20,000 nucleotides of DNA from IMG/VR virus record IMGVR_UViG_3300034082_000137, one strand, 5' to 3'. Below are positions 8,573-15,055 of this stretch, one piece after another. Made by a program: the position numbers and the translations under genes. Source of the stretch: an uncultured virus (IMG/VR IMGVR_UViG_3300034082_000137) (taxonomy: Duplodnaviria; Heunggongvirae; Uroviricota; Caudoviricetes). Position 1 is the stretch's first letter. Every line of letters starts with the position of its first letter. The notes under the pieces were generated by a model. It searched no databases. It was given only the letters and a program-made list of their open reading frames with translations, and was not told the origin of the DNA.

Positions 8573-8851
8573 TCAGTCTCTGTACCCGCCACCTGCCGCC
8601 TTGTATTTCTTAGCGACAAGCTGTGCTTTACGTGCTGACCATTTGCCCGCTCCGGTGCCTTGGGTTGCCGCAGCTTTTACTTGCGACAAAATCTTCTTGC
8701 GAAGACTAGGCTTTGTGTAGTTGCCCGCAGCATTAACCTTGCCGCCTTCAGCGTACATTTCAACCTTGTTCGGATCATCCTTACGGGTGATCGTCTTGCC
8801 TTTGGGCATCTTGGAGGGGTTAATAGCCCCCATGCCGCGACTGGCAATCAC
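8573..8851 (-). CDS. Small basic protein resembling the N-terminal half of DUF5872-type proteins
   Basis: 92 aa with YTKPSLRKKI and GKWSARKAQL..KKYKAAGGGY; GTG start in a GTGA overlap with the upstream gene. Confidence 0.65.
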   Translation of the reverse strand: MIASRGMGAINPSKMPKGKTITRKDDPNKVEMYAEGGKVNAAGNYTKPSLRKKILSQVKAAATQGTGAGKWSARKAQLVAKKYKAAGGGYRD

Positions 8852-9078
8852 TTCTTGCCCCTAGACATGCCGCCACTGCACATGGTAATCATCTTACCTT
8901 TAGTCTTGCCACGGGACTCGATACCGCCGCCACGGATGGACCCACCCTTGGCCTTTTTTACTACTGGTTCATCCACAGGTACTGAGTCAGGGTACTGTAC
9001 GGGTTTTGGCTTTGGTTTCGGAGCAGGCTTTGGCTTAGCTACAGGCTCGTCCACCGGAGTAGCGTCGGGGTATTTCAT
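8848..9078 (-). CDS. Small Pro/Lys-rich protein with an internal repeat
   Basis: 76 aa; two YPDxxPVDEPV repeats, a PK linker and a GIESRGKTKG motif. Confidence 0.7.
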   Translation of the reverse strand: MKYPDATPVDEPVAKPKPAPKPKPKPVQYPDSVPVDEPVVKKAKGGSIRGGGIESRGKTKGKMITMCSGGMSRGKK

Positions 9079-9582
9079 TTAGCAAATCTTTCCACGAGTT
9101 TTGCCTTTGGTAGCAATACCGTCGGCACGGGATGAAGCTGACACTGAACCACCTGAAGCATAACCTTTGCTAGCGTAGCGTTCCTGAAAAGTCATTTGAG
9201 CTTTTGGTTTTGCTTTTTCGCTTTCACGTAAGGCAGAACGGCTGGCTGAGTCTTTTTCCGACGCTGATTTCGGCCTGAAAAAATCTGCGATTGCTTTTGG
9301 TACATTAGTCGTTTGGATTTTACGCGCAGGAGTAGTTGGGGCGGGGGCTTTGGAACTGCGGCCTTCGTTGCTAAAGTTAGGCTTAGGTTTAGGCATTGTC
9401 GTTTTACGCATCGCAGGGGCTTCTGGTTCTTTAGAACTCATAAAGTCTTGCTTTGGCATTGCTTTCTCGTCACGGTCGCCTTCTTCCATGCCACGTTTAA
9501 TCATAGTCGCTTCTTGGTCCGCCAAATCTTGATCGACAAAACCAGCTTCAGCGAAGCGTTTTACACGTTTTTTAGTAGCCAT
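9079..9582 (-). CDS. Basic, likely disordered phage protein
   Basis: 167-aa low-complexity K/A/P/S-rich ORF ending YASGGSVSASSRADGIATKGKTRGKIC. Confidence 0.7.
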   Translation of the reverse strand: MATKKRVKRFAEAGFVDQDLADQEATMIKRGMEEGDRDEKAMPKQDFMSSKEPEAPAMRKTTMPKPKPNFSNEGRSSKAPAPTTPARKIQTTNVPKAIADFFRPKSASEKDSASRSALRESEKAKPKAQMTFQERYASKGYASGGSVSASSRADGIATKGKTRGKIC

Positions 9583-9584
9583 GA

Positions 9585-10004
9585 TTATTTCCCGCCTTTC
9601 ATTTTGATCTGAGTACCTTTGGTCATGCCGCGTTGGGCTACGCCATCAGGCTTAGGGCTGGTCTTAACAGAGCCCATCTTGGTCATACCACCGGCTTTGA
9701 GGCCAGCGTGAGCTTTGGAAGCAGGTTTAGCTGCGTGTTTTGCTAAGGCGGCTGGCATAGCGCTCTTAGCGCCGTCTTTTTTCTTTGCCATCATTGCCAT
9801 GAAGCCGGGGTTCATTTTAGAAGCCATAGTATCGCCGCCTTTCTTGAAAAACTCCGTAGAGCCTTGGTTGGTTTTGGGTTTGTTTATCTTTTGGAGATCG
9901 GCACGGTTACCGCTGCTCTTAGGGATTTTGATAGCCTTAGCATTGCTAGGCGGATTCTTTGGATTCTTTGGATTCTTTGGGTTCATTGGGTTAGTTTTCA
10001 TCAT
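9585..10004 (-). CDS. Highly basic Lys/Met/Ala-rich phage protein
   Basis: 139 aa with NPK repeats at the N-terminus and PDGVAQRGMTKG near the C-terminus. A second in-frame start is possible at 9827 (MASKM). Confidence 0.7.
   Translation of the reverse strand: MMKTNPMNPKNPKNPKNPPSNAKAIKIPKSSGNRADLQKINKPKTNQGSTEFFKKGGDTMASKMNPGFMAMMAKKKDGAKSAMPAALAKHAAKPASKAHAGLKAGGMTKMGSVKTSPKPDGVAQRGMTKGTQIKMKGGK
9952..9996. repeat. 9-bp tandem repeat (GGATTCTTT x3 plus two degenerate copies) encoding NPK repeats
   Basis: ggattcttt at 9952, 9961 and 9970, then gggttcatt at 9979 and gggttagtt at 9988. Confidence 0.9.
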
Positions 10005-10246
10005 TTGCCCCCGGGGATTGAATGAATAATCTGGGTCAGCATTGCGCCTACTACGCCACCTGCACCACCAAACATCATGAGCACTTTCCAGCCGCCTTTA
10101 GCTTCCGCAAGTGTGTTGCTGATGCTATTAAGCGTAGCTTTTATCTCCGCCATGTCTTTAGCCATCTTGTCCATGTCTTCTTGGAGATGGTTAATGTCCG
10201 CCGCGTGTGTGGCGAGTTCTCTTGCAGTTTGTATTTCAGCGTTCAT
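10001..10246 (-). CDS. Coiled-coil protein with a C-terminal transmembrane helix (holin/XhlA-like architecture)
   Basis: 81 aa: heptad-like N-terminus (INHLQEDMDKMAKDMAEIKATLNSI), then KGGWK and the hydrophobic stretch VLMMFGGAGGVVGAMLTQII. Confidence 0.55.
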   Translation of the reverse strand: MNAEIQTARELATHAADINHLQEDMDKMAKDMAEIKATLNSISNTLAEAKGGWKVLMMFGGAGGVVGAMLTQIIHSIPGGK

Positions 10247-10247
10247 T

Positions 10248-10502
10248 TCAGCATTTCCATCTTGCTAGTGAAGCAGCCTTACGAGTAGGCTTGCCTTTCT
10301 CGTCTTTCATCGGGCCGGGCATACCAGACATACGAGCACAGAATGACTTCTTGCGAGCACCGCCTTGTGGCTGTGGCGCTTTGAGGTTTGATCCTGTGGC
10401 TGCATTGTACTTAGCACGGCCTTTGGCAGTCAGCCCAGCCCCTTTGGAGACCGGCAGCTTCTCGCCGCGACCTACTGCAAGGGATGGGGTTTTCTTAGCC
10501 AT
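10248..10502 (-). CDS. Small basic protein, DUF6321-like
   Basis: 84 aa with GLTAKGRAKYN, RKKSFCARMSG and C-terminal RWKC. Family name recalled from memory. Confidence 0.6.
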   Translation of the reverse strand: MAKKTPSLAVGRGEKLPVSKGAGLTAKGRAKYNAATGSNLKAPQPQGGARKKSFCARMSGMPGPMKDEKGKPTRKAASLARWKC

Positions 10503-10776
10503 AGAACACTGTTATTTTTGCAGTGGCGGGTAGCGTCACATGCACGTCAGTGGCGAACAAAATCCCCTCTCCGGGAATCGTAAACGATAACGGATTCAAT
10601 GGCGTAGCAGAAATGTTAAATTGAAGTCGTACAGTTCCAGAAGCACCGCCGTCTCGAAGAATAATATCCCCCGCCGTACCGCCCCCTAGAAACTGATAAC
10701 CTTTAACACGTACACGCCCAGACACCATAGTGCCAGTAGCTTCAACGTGTACTGCTTTAACGTCTGTTTGCATCAT
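10495..10776 (-). CDS. Small beta-rich phage protein (possible virion component)
   Basis: 93 aa (IPGEGILF, ITVFYG) with a strong SD (AGGAGA) at 10783-10788. Confidence 0.7.
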   Translation of the reverse strand: MMQTDVKAVHVEATGTMVSGRVRVKGYQFLGGGTAGDIILRDGGASGTVRLQFNISATPLNPLSFTIPGEGILFATDVHVTLPATAKITVFYG

Positions 10777-10795
10777 AATTAATCTCCTGTAATGC

Positions 10796-10811
10796 GGGGG
10801 CCGAAGCCCCC
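10796..10811 (-). other. Stable GC hairpin with cUUCGg tetraloop and no U-tract
   Basis: Minus strand reads GGGGGC-TTCG-GCCCCC followed by GCATTAC and then the SD. Confidence 0.7.
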
Positions 10812-10819
10812 AAGATCAA

Positions 10820-11239
10820 TTAAGCAGTACGGGTAAAGACGTATGCAGTGGGGCTAGAGAACATGATGGTGAAACGACCGATGCCGGTTGCGCCAGCGGC
10901 AACAGTCAAGTCACCAAAGCTACCAGCAGTGTCAGCGGCTGCGCTTGACAAGATACCGTTTGTAGCTACAGCAATCGTAACGACATCAGCACCAGCGGTG
11001 TTGTCAATGTACAAATCCAAAGATGTACCCTGCACAGCGCCTAATTGTGTTCCCAACAAAGTGCCTGTAGGCAAAGTGATAGTAGTGGCTGCTGCCGAAG
11101 TAGATGTGATGTAGCCGGTTGCAACTTGTGCTGCGGTGGCTGTTGCGGTTGCGTTGATCGCGTTAGCTGTGCCAACTTGGTGACCAGCGATAAATCCATT
11201 TTGCGATCTGACCGGGCCGTTAAATGTGGTAATTGCCAT
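10820..11239 (-). CDS. Putative capsid decoration/head-fibre protein
   Basis: 139-aa A/T/G-rich beta protein starting MAITTFNGPVRSQNGF, first gene after the major capsid gene; SD AAGGA. Confidence 0.55.
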   Translation of the reverse strand: MAITTFNGPVRSQNGFIAGHQVGTANAINATATATAAQVATGYITSTSAAATTITLPTGTLLGTQLGAVQGTSLDLYIDNTAGADVVTIAVATNGILSSAAADTAGSFGDLTVAAGATGIGRFTIMFSSPTAYVFTRTA

Positions 11240-11245
11240 GATAAT

Positions 11246-11320
11246 TCCTTACATACAAGTTAGGCGCATTAGTCTGTATGTCGTCAGCCGGGACTGTCTA
11301 ATGCACCGGAAAGCCCGGAT
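11246..11320 (-). ncRNA. Structured leader RNA (double pseudoknot), probably Mu-gpT-DE-like
   Basis: A 10-bp stem (11307-11298 with 11272-11263) plus two crossing helices: CCGGG/CCCGG and ACAUACA/UGUAUGU. Lies immediately downstream of a Mu-gpT-like capsid gene, the context described for the Mu-gpT-DE motif. Confidence 0.65.
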
Positions 11321-11327
11321 TAGCAGC

Positions 11328-11356
11328 AATATATCACTTTATTTGGTGGTGTGCAA
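11328..11356 (-). promoter_or_regulatory. Sigma70-type promoter
   Basis: Minus strand TTGCAC (11356-11351), 17-nt spacer, TATATT (11333-11328), with an extended -10 TGn. Predicted start near 11321, at the 5' edge of the structured RNA. Confidence 0.7.
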
Positions 11357-11357
11357 C

Positions 11358-11387
11358 AAATAAAAAGGGCCCCCGAAGGAGCCCTTT
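11358..11387 (-). terminator. Rho-independent terminator after the major capsid gene
   Basis: Minus strand AAAGGGCTCC-TTCG-GGGGCCC-TTTTTATTT: GC stem, UUCG loop and U-tract, 17 nt after the capsid stop codon. Confidence 0.85.
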
Positions 11388-11404
11388 CTAGTAAGCCCGA
11401 GGGC

Positions 11405-12316
11405 TTAGGACGAACCGGGAGAACCGAATACGCCCAATGGGTCTGACCAGCCAAAGCTGTAACGCTCGCGGGACTTGTAACGGACGTTACCGGTATCGAA
11501 GTCACCGTCCATGCCATTTTGCAATGGGGTACGAACAAAGTGTTTCAAACCGTTAGGCACGTCAGTAGTCAAGTACCAGCCGTTGCTGTCAGTCAAGAAG
11601 TTGTTGACTGTGTAGCCTTCTGCGACCGAACCGTTGTTTTTCAACGCGTTGATGTCGTTATCAGCAGTACCAACACGGAGGCTGGTTTCTAACAAACGAG
11701 TAGCAACGAACTGCAAAGCAGGGGGAACAATCAGCTTCTTAGGCTTAGCAGCGATCAGCAAACCGCGCTCGTCAGTCCAAGCAGCGATCTGGATAACGGC
11801 GGCTTCCAAGGAAGTCTCGTTAAGGTCAGCGCCAGTTGTAGGACGATTGCTGTTAGTGCCGCCACCAGTCAAGGGGTGAGCAGTGCTGAACAAAGATACA
11901 CCGTCGCCACCTAAGTAGCTGCTGGAGAAACCGTTGTTGATAACAGCAGCAGCCTTAACTTGCTTGGTATACGCCATAGCACGAGCCAAACCTTTGGTGT
12001 AACGAGCAGACAATGAGTCATACAAGTTATCTTCCACAGCTTCTTCAGTGATGGAGAAGCCCAAGGCGATGGTTTCGTGGTTGTAACGAGTTGTCCATGC
12101 TTCCTGTGCATTGTCGTAAGAGATGGCTTGGCCCTCGTTCTTCACCGGAGCGGCGGAGAAACCAGACAGCTTTGTCTCTTCTTCAAATGAACGCTCAGAG
12201 GTTTCAGTCTCGTAGAGTTCCTTATGCTGCTCACCGTAGCGAGCATATTCCAAACCAAACAATGCGTTCAATCCGGGCAAGAGTTCTTTAAGTAGTTGTG
12301 CGCGTGAAATAGCCAT
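11405..12316 (-). CDS. Major capsid protein (Mu gpT-like, HK97 fold)
   Basis: 303 aa starting MAISRAQLLKELLPGLNALFG, with GDGVSLFSTAHP, PKKLIVPPAL and RYKSRERYSFGWSDP. Strong SD and downstream terminator. Confidence 0.85.
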   Translation of the reverse strand: MAISRAQLLKELLPGLNALFGLEYARYGEQHKELYETETSERSFEEETKLSGFSAAPVKNEGQAISYDNAQEAWTTRYNHETIALGFSITEEAVEDNLYDSLSARYTKGLARAMAYTKQVKAAAVINNGFSSSYLGGDGVSLFSTAHPLTGGGTNSNRPTTGADLNETSLEAAVIQIAAWTDERGLLIAAKPKKLIVPPALQFVATRLLETSLRVGTADNDINALKNNGSVAEGYTVNNFLTDSNGWYLTTDVPNGLKHFVRTPLQNGMDGDFDTGNVRYKSRERYSFGWSDPLGVFGSPGSS

Positions 12317-12329
12317 GATTTAGCTCCTT

Positions 12330-12953
12330 TTACAGACCAACAGCGTTGCTGTAAGAGTGGTATCCGGGGTTGAACTTCACCAGAATATCAGTATATGCGT
12401 CACCCACTACGGAGAAGCCTTGCATGTTTACAAAACCAACGACGCGGAAAGCGGCGGTAGTAGTAACAGCGGAAGCTCCAGCCACAACGGAAGCGGTAGA
12501 GTTACCAGTAGTTGTGCTACCAGTAGCCACTGCGCCAGTGGTGAAGAACACGTTTGCACCCAGAGCAGCGATGGTAACAGTACCAGCAGACTGAACTTGG
12601 AACACGGTACGGTCGTCGTCAATCACAAATGCTACTGCGTTCAACGCGCTGGCTGGGTAGTATTGAGAGAAAACGGTTTGACCTTGTGCGTTAACGTAAG
12701 AGCATCCAACGAACACACCAACAGCGCCGGTGTTAGCAGTGCCAACAGGGAAGCCATTTGTGGTTGCGTCAGCGCCAGTAGCGGTAACGATTTCGATGTA
12801 ACCCGAGGTTGTAACATACACCAAACTTCCGTTATAGATGTTTGTCGCATAACCAGCGGGGTTGATTGCAAACGAGCGAGTGCTACCTGCGTAAGGTAGG
12901 CCACCCAACTCGTTTACGGCACGGAGGCCGTAGGGAGAAGCGGTAGATGCCAT
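12330..12953 (-). CDS. Putative head decoration/cement protein
   Basis: 207-aa A/G/T/V-rich beta protein (PYGLR, GVFVGCSY) directly upstream of the capsid gene; SD AGGAG. Confidence 0.55.
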   Translation of the reverse strand: MASTASPYGLRAVNELGGLPYAGSTRSFAINPAGYATNIYNGSLVYVTTSGYIEIVTATGADATTNGFPVGTANTGAVGVFVGCSYVNAQGQTVFSQYYPASALNAVAFVIDDDRTVFQVQSAGTVTIAALGANVFFTTGAVATGSTTTGNSTASVVAGASAVTTTAAFRVVGFVNMQGFSVVGDAYTDILVKFNPGYHSYSNAVGL

Positions 12954-12972
12954 TTAAGGACTCCTAAAAAAT

Positions 12973-13446
12973 TTAACCACCAGAACCAAAAGTAACCTTC
13001 GATTTCTTGTCCGAGAACAAGGGCATACGAGGATCACTATCTTTGAGAAAGTTATTGTCTACTGACTCCATCTGAGCTTTGTTTTGATTTGCGTAGTACG
13101 CATCTCGCTGTTTCAAAAACTCTTCCGGAATACGGCAAAGCAATAGTCCGCCCACTTCGATGTTTCCTTTGAAACGACCTTCAGTAGAAGCGTGCACCAA
13201 TAGCTCGGGATATTCTTCCGCTTTCACGGGTTCATAGCCTTCGCGTAACTTAGAAGAAGTGTTACCCGGATCAGCCTGCCCCAACATACTAATGCGAATC
13301 CATCGATGCTTCCAACCCGGACGATCATCTGGGGATGGTAGTGTCTCTGGAGGACGCCATGCTGTTGGGCGAGCAAAAGACTCGCGTGTATCTAGTTCAC
13401 GAACCAGACGATTTTGAGCTTTTTCTGCTACTGTAGTCTTTTCCAT
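12973..13446 (-). CDS. Conserved head-module phage protein of unknown function
   Basis: 157 aa (HRWIR, KLREGYEPV, GGLLLCRIP) between the scaffold and the capsid genes. Confidence 0.7.
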   Translation of the reverse strand: MEKTTVAEKAQNRLVRELDTRESFARPTAWRPPETLPSPDDRPGWKHRWIRISMLGQADPGNTSSKLREGYEPVKAEEYPELLVHASTEGRFKGNIEVGGLLLCRIPEEFLKQRDAYYANQNKAQMESVDNNFLKDSDPRMPLFSDKKSKVTFGSGG

Positions 13447-13448
13447 TT

Positions 13449-14441
13449 TTAACCTCTATTAAGTAAAGCAACCTGTTTCGCGTATTGTTCTGGAGTCACC
13501 CCAAGACGACGAGCTATCGCCACTTCGGATGCCTTCAATCGAATACGATTAGGCGGTGTGCTGCGGGTAGCCGGGGCTACAACCGAAGCTGGTTTTGTTG
13601 CACGGACGGGAGTGAACTCCTCTTCCGGTTCTAATGACCTTTTCTTTGGAGGCGGTTCATCATCCTCATAGCTCTGAGAATCATCAAAATTCTCAGGAAA
13701 TCGTTTGCGCATCGTCTTATCGATGGTATCGAAGTACTCTTTAGTACCGATATAGTCAGGACCATACTCTCTTTGTAACTTCCTGTCAAGTCCAGTAGCT
13801 GCAGCAGTCATTTCTTCGTCTTTACCCCACCAATTAGAGTTAGCCTCTAACCACTTAGCAGTGCGGGGATGCGCCGGTGCTTGCCTAGCTGGGGGCTCAA
13901 ACTCCTGCTCCACTACTGGAATAGGTCTCATGTTCTCTACTTTGTCTAGAGTAAGAGTAGCTCGAGCAATCTTCTTCTGCGCAGAAACAAGAGCGTCGGC
14001 GTCACCAGCATCGTAAGCCTCTTTGTAGCTACGTTCTGCGGCCTCTAACTCACTCTCAGCGGAGGTTTTTGACTGGGCAATATAGGCTTCACTACCGGTA
14101 GCTAACTCTTTCTGCAAGCGTTTATTCTCTTCAAACACCTGTTTTGCAAAGTTTTCAGCAGCCTGCCGTTCGCGCATAGCCTCTTCTTTTGCCCGTCGCT
14201 CATCGTGGTATCCACGGGTGAACTTCTTAATTCGGGCCTGCACTTTCTCGTCATACGAGGCTAATTCTTCTTCCGAAGGGTCCTCTGGAGGGGGTGCAGC
14301 TTTACGATTACGGTCCTCTGGGGGCGTATCGTTCTCAATTTCTATCTCAAACTCTTCTTCTTTGGGTGCCGTATCTACGGGTTTACCCTTAGCTTCCTTC
14401 TCGTCAGGAAACTCAAAATCATCACCACCAAATTTAGACAT
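13449..14441 (-). CDS. Putative capsid scaffolding protein
   Basis: 330 aa with an acidic N-terminus, a long E/A/K coiled coil and a C-terminal helical hairpin (IARRLGVTPEQYAK). Positioned between portal and capsid. Confidence 0.65.
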   Translation of the reverse strand: MSKFGGDDFEFPDEKEAKGKPVDTAPKEEEFEIEIENDTPPEDRNRKAAPPPEDPSEEELASYDEKVQARIKKFTRGYHDERRAKEEAMRERQAAENFAKQVFEENKRLQKELATGSEAYIAQSKTSAESELEAAERSYKEAYDAGDADALVSAQKKIARATLTLDKVENMRPIPVVEQEFEPPARQAPAHPRTAKWLEANSNWWGKDEEMTAAATGLDRKLQREYGPDYIGTKEYFDTIDKTMRKRFPENFDDSQSYEDDEPPPKKRSLEPEEEFTPVRATKPASVVAPATRSTPPNRIRLKASEVAIARRLGVTPEQYAKQVALLNRG

Positions 14442-14451
14442 TTTTTACTCC

Positions 14452-14862
14452 TTACGATGCACGTGTAATGCCACGGGGGTCTTCAACGGTTCCTTCAACT
14501 GAGTCGTCGTTAATGATTCGGAACTCACGTCCATGAATCTTCAAACGAGTGCCAGAGTTAGGTCGGCAGATAATGAAATCACCTTCCTTGCATGAGGGGC
14601 CGCTAGGGAAACGAGTTACGTCTTTGTACGCATCTGGGCCCACCTTAACTACAAATAGCACTGGGGTCAGCACTTCTTCGTAATACATAGATTGGCTAGA
14701 TTTGATAATTCCAGACTCACTCTCAGCAAAAGACTCCATTGCTTCTGGTACTACACAAAGCAAGTGAAAGGTCTTCGGGTCAGGCAACTGCTTTGCTTTT
14801 TCTTCAGAACTTGTATTCAAGATTCCAGAGAGGTCCACCGCAGCGGTATCAAATTCATTCAT
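14452..14862 (-). CDS. groES: GroES/Cpn10-like co-chaperonin
   Basis: Likely start MNEFD at 14862 (8-nt overlap with the upstream gene). Mobile-loop-like ESGII, VVKVGPDAY, CKEGDFI, and KIHGREFRIINDDSVEG matching the GroES G.E..I....DI.. C-terminus. Confidence 0.75.
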   Translation of the reverse strand: MNEFDTAAVDLSGILNTSSEEKAKQLPDPKTFHLLCVVPEAMESFAESESGIIKSSQSMYYEEVLTPVLFVVKVGPDAYKDVTRFPSGPSCKEGDFIICRPNSGTRLKIHGREFRIINDDSVEGTVEDPRGITRAS

Positions 14863-15055
14863 CTTCAAATTTCTCCATACGTTGCACGAGGTCGTTAACA
14901 ATAGATTCTGCATGGCTCAGACCCCGGATGATCCCGCAGATGTGCCGGTATTCAGAGTAGTCCCCTGCTCTACCGGTGGAAAGAAAACTCGCTTGCTCCC
15001 CGCGTAACTTGTCAATTTCGCGTGCAATGTGTGCAAGTACTCTATGGTTGTCCAT
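14855..15055 (-). CDS. Small helical phage protein
   Basis: 66 aa (DYSEYRHICGIIRGL), overlapping both the portal and GroES-like genes. Confidence 0.75.
   Translation of the reverse strand: MDNHRVLAHIAREIDKLRGEQASFLSTGRAGDYSEYRHICGIIRGLSHAESIVNDLVQRMEKFEDE

Noticed and set aside
8572..8619. N-terminal 16-aa extension of ORF 8338..8619
   Set aside because: It overlaps the upstream gene. ATG at 8571, 1 nt after the upstream stop, is the more plausible start.
11251..11318. Hammerhead ribozyme suggested by CUGACGA (11287-11281) flanked by two helices
   Set aside because: The required GAAA after stem II is absent (UAAG instead) and no stem III with an NUH cleavage site can be built. Kept only as a structured RNA.
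11320..11538. 72-aa alternative-frame ORF overlapping the capsid 3' end as a T7 10B-like frameshift extension
   Set aside because: It lies in the +1 frame, there is no clear slippery heptamer, and it runs through the terminator and promoter. The -1 frame stops within a few codons.
14863..14913. N-terminal 17-aa extension of the GroES-like ORF as given in the track
   Set aside because: It overlaps the 66-aa gene extensively. ATG at 14862 gives a typical short overlap and follows a GGAG SD-like sequence.
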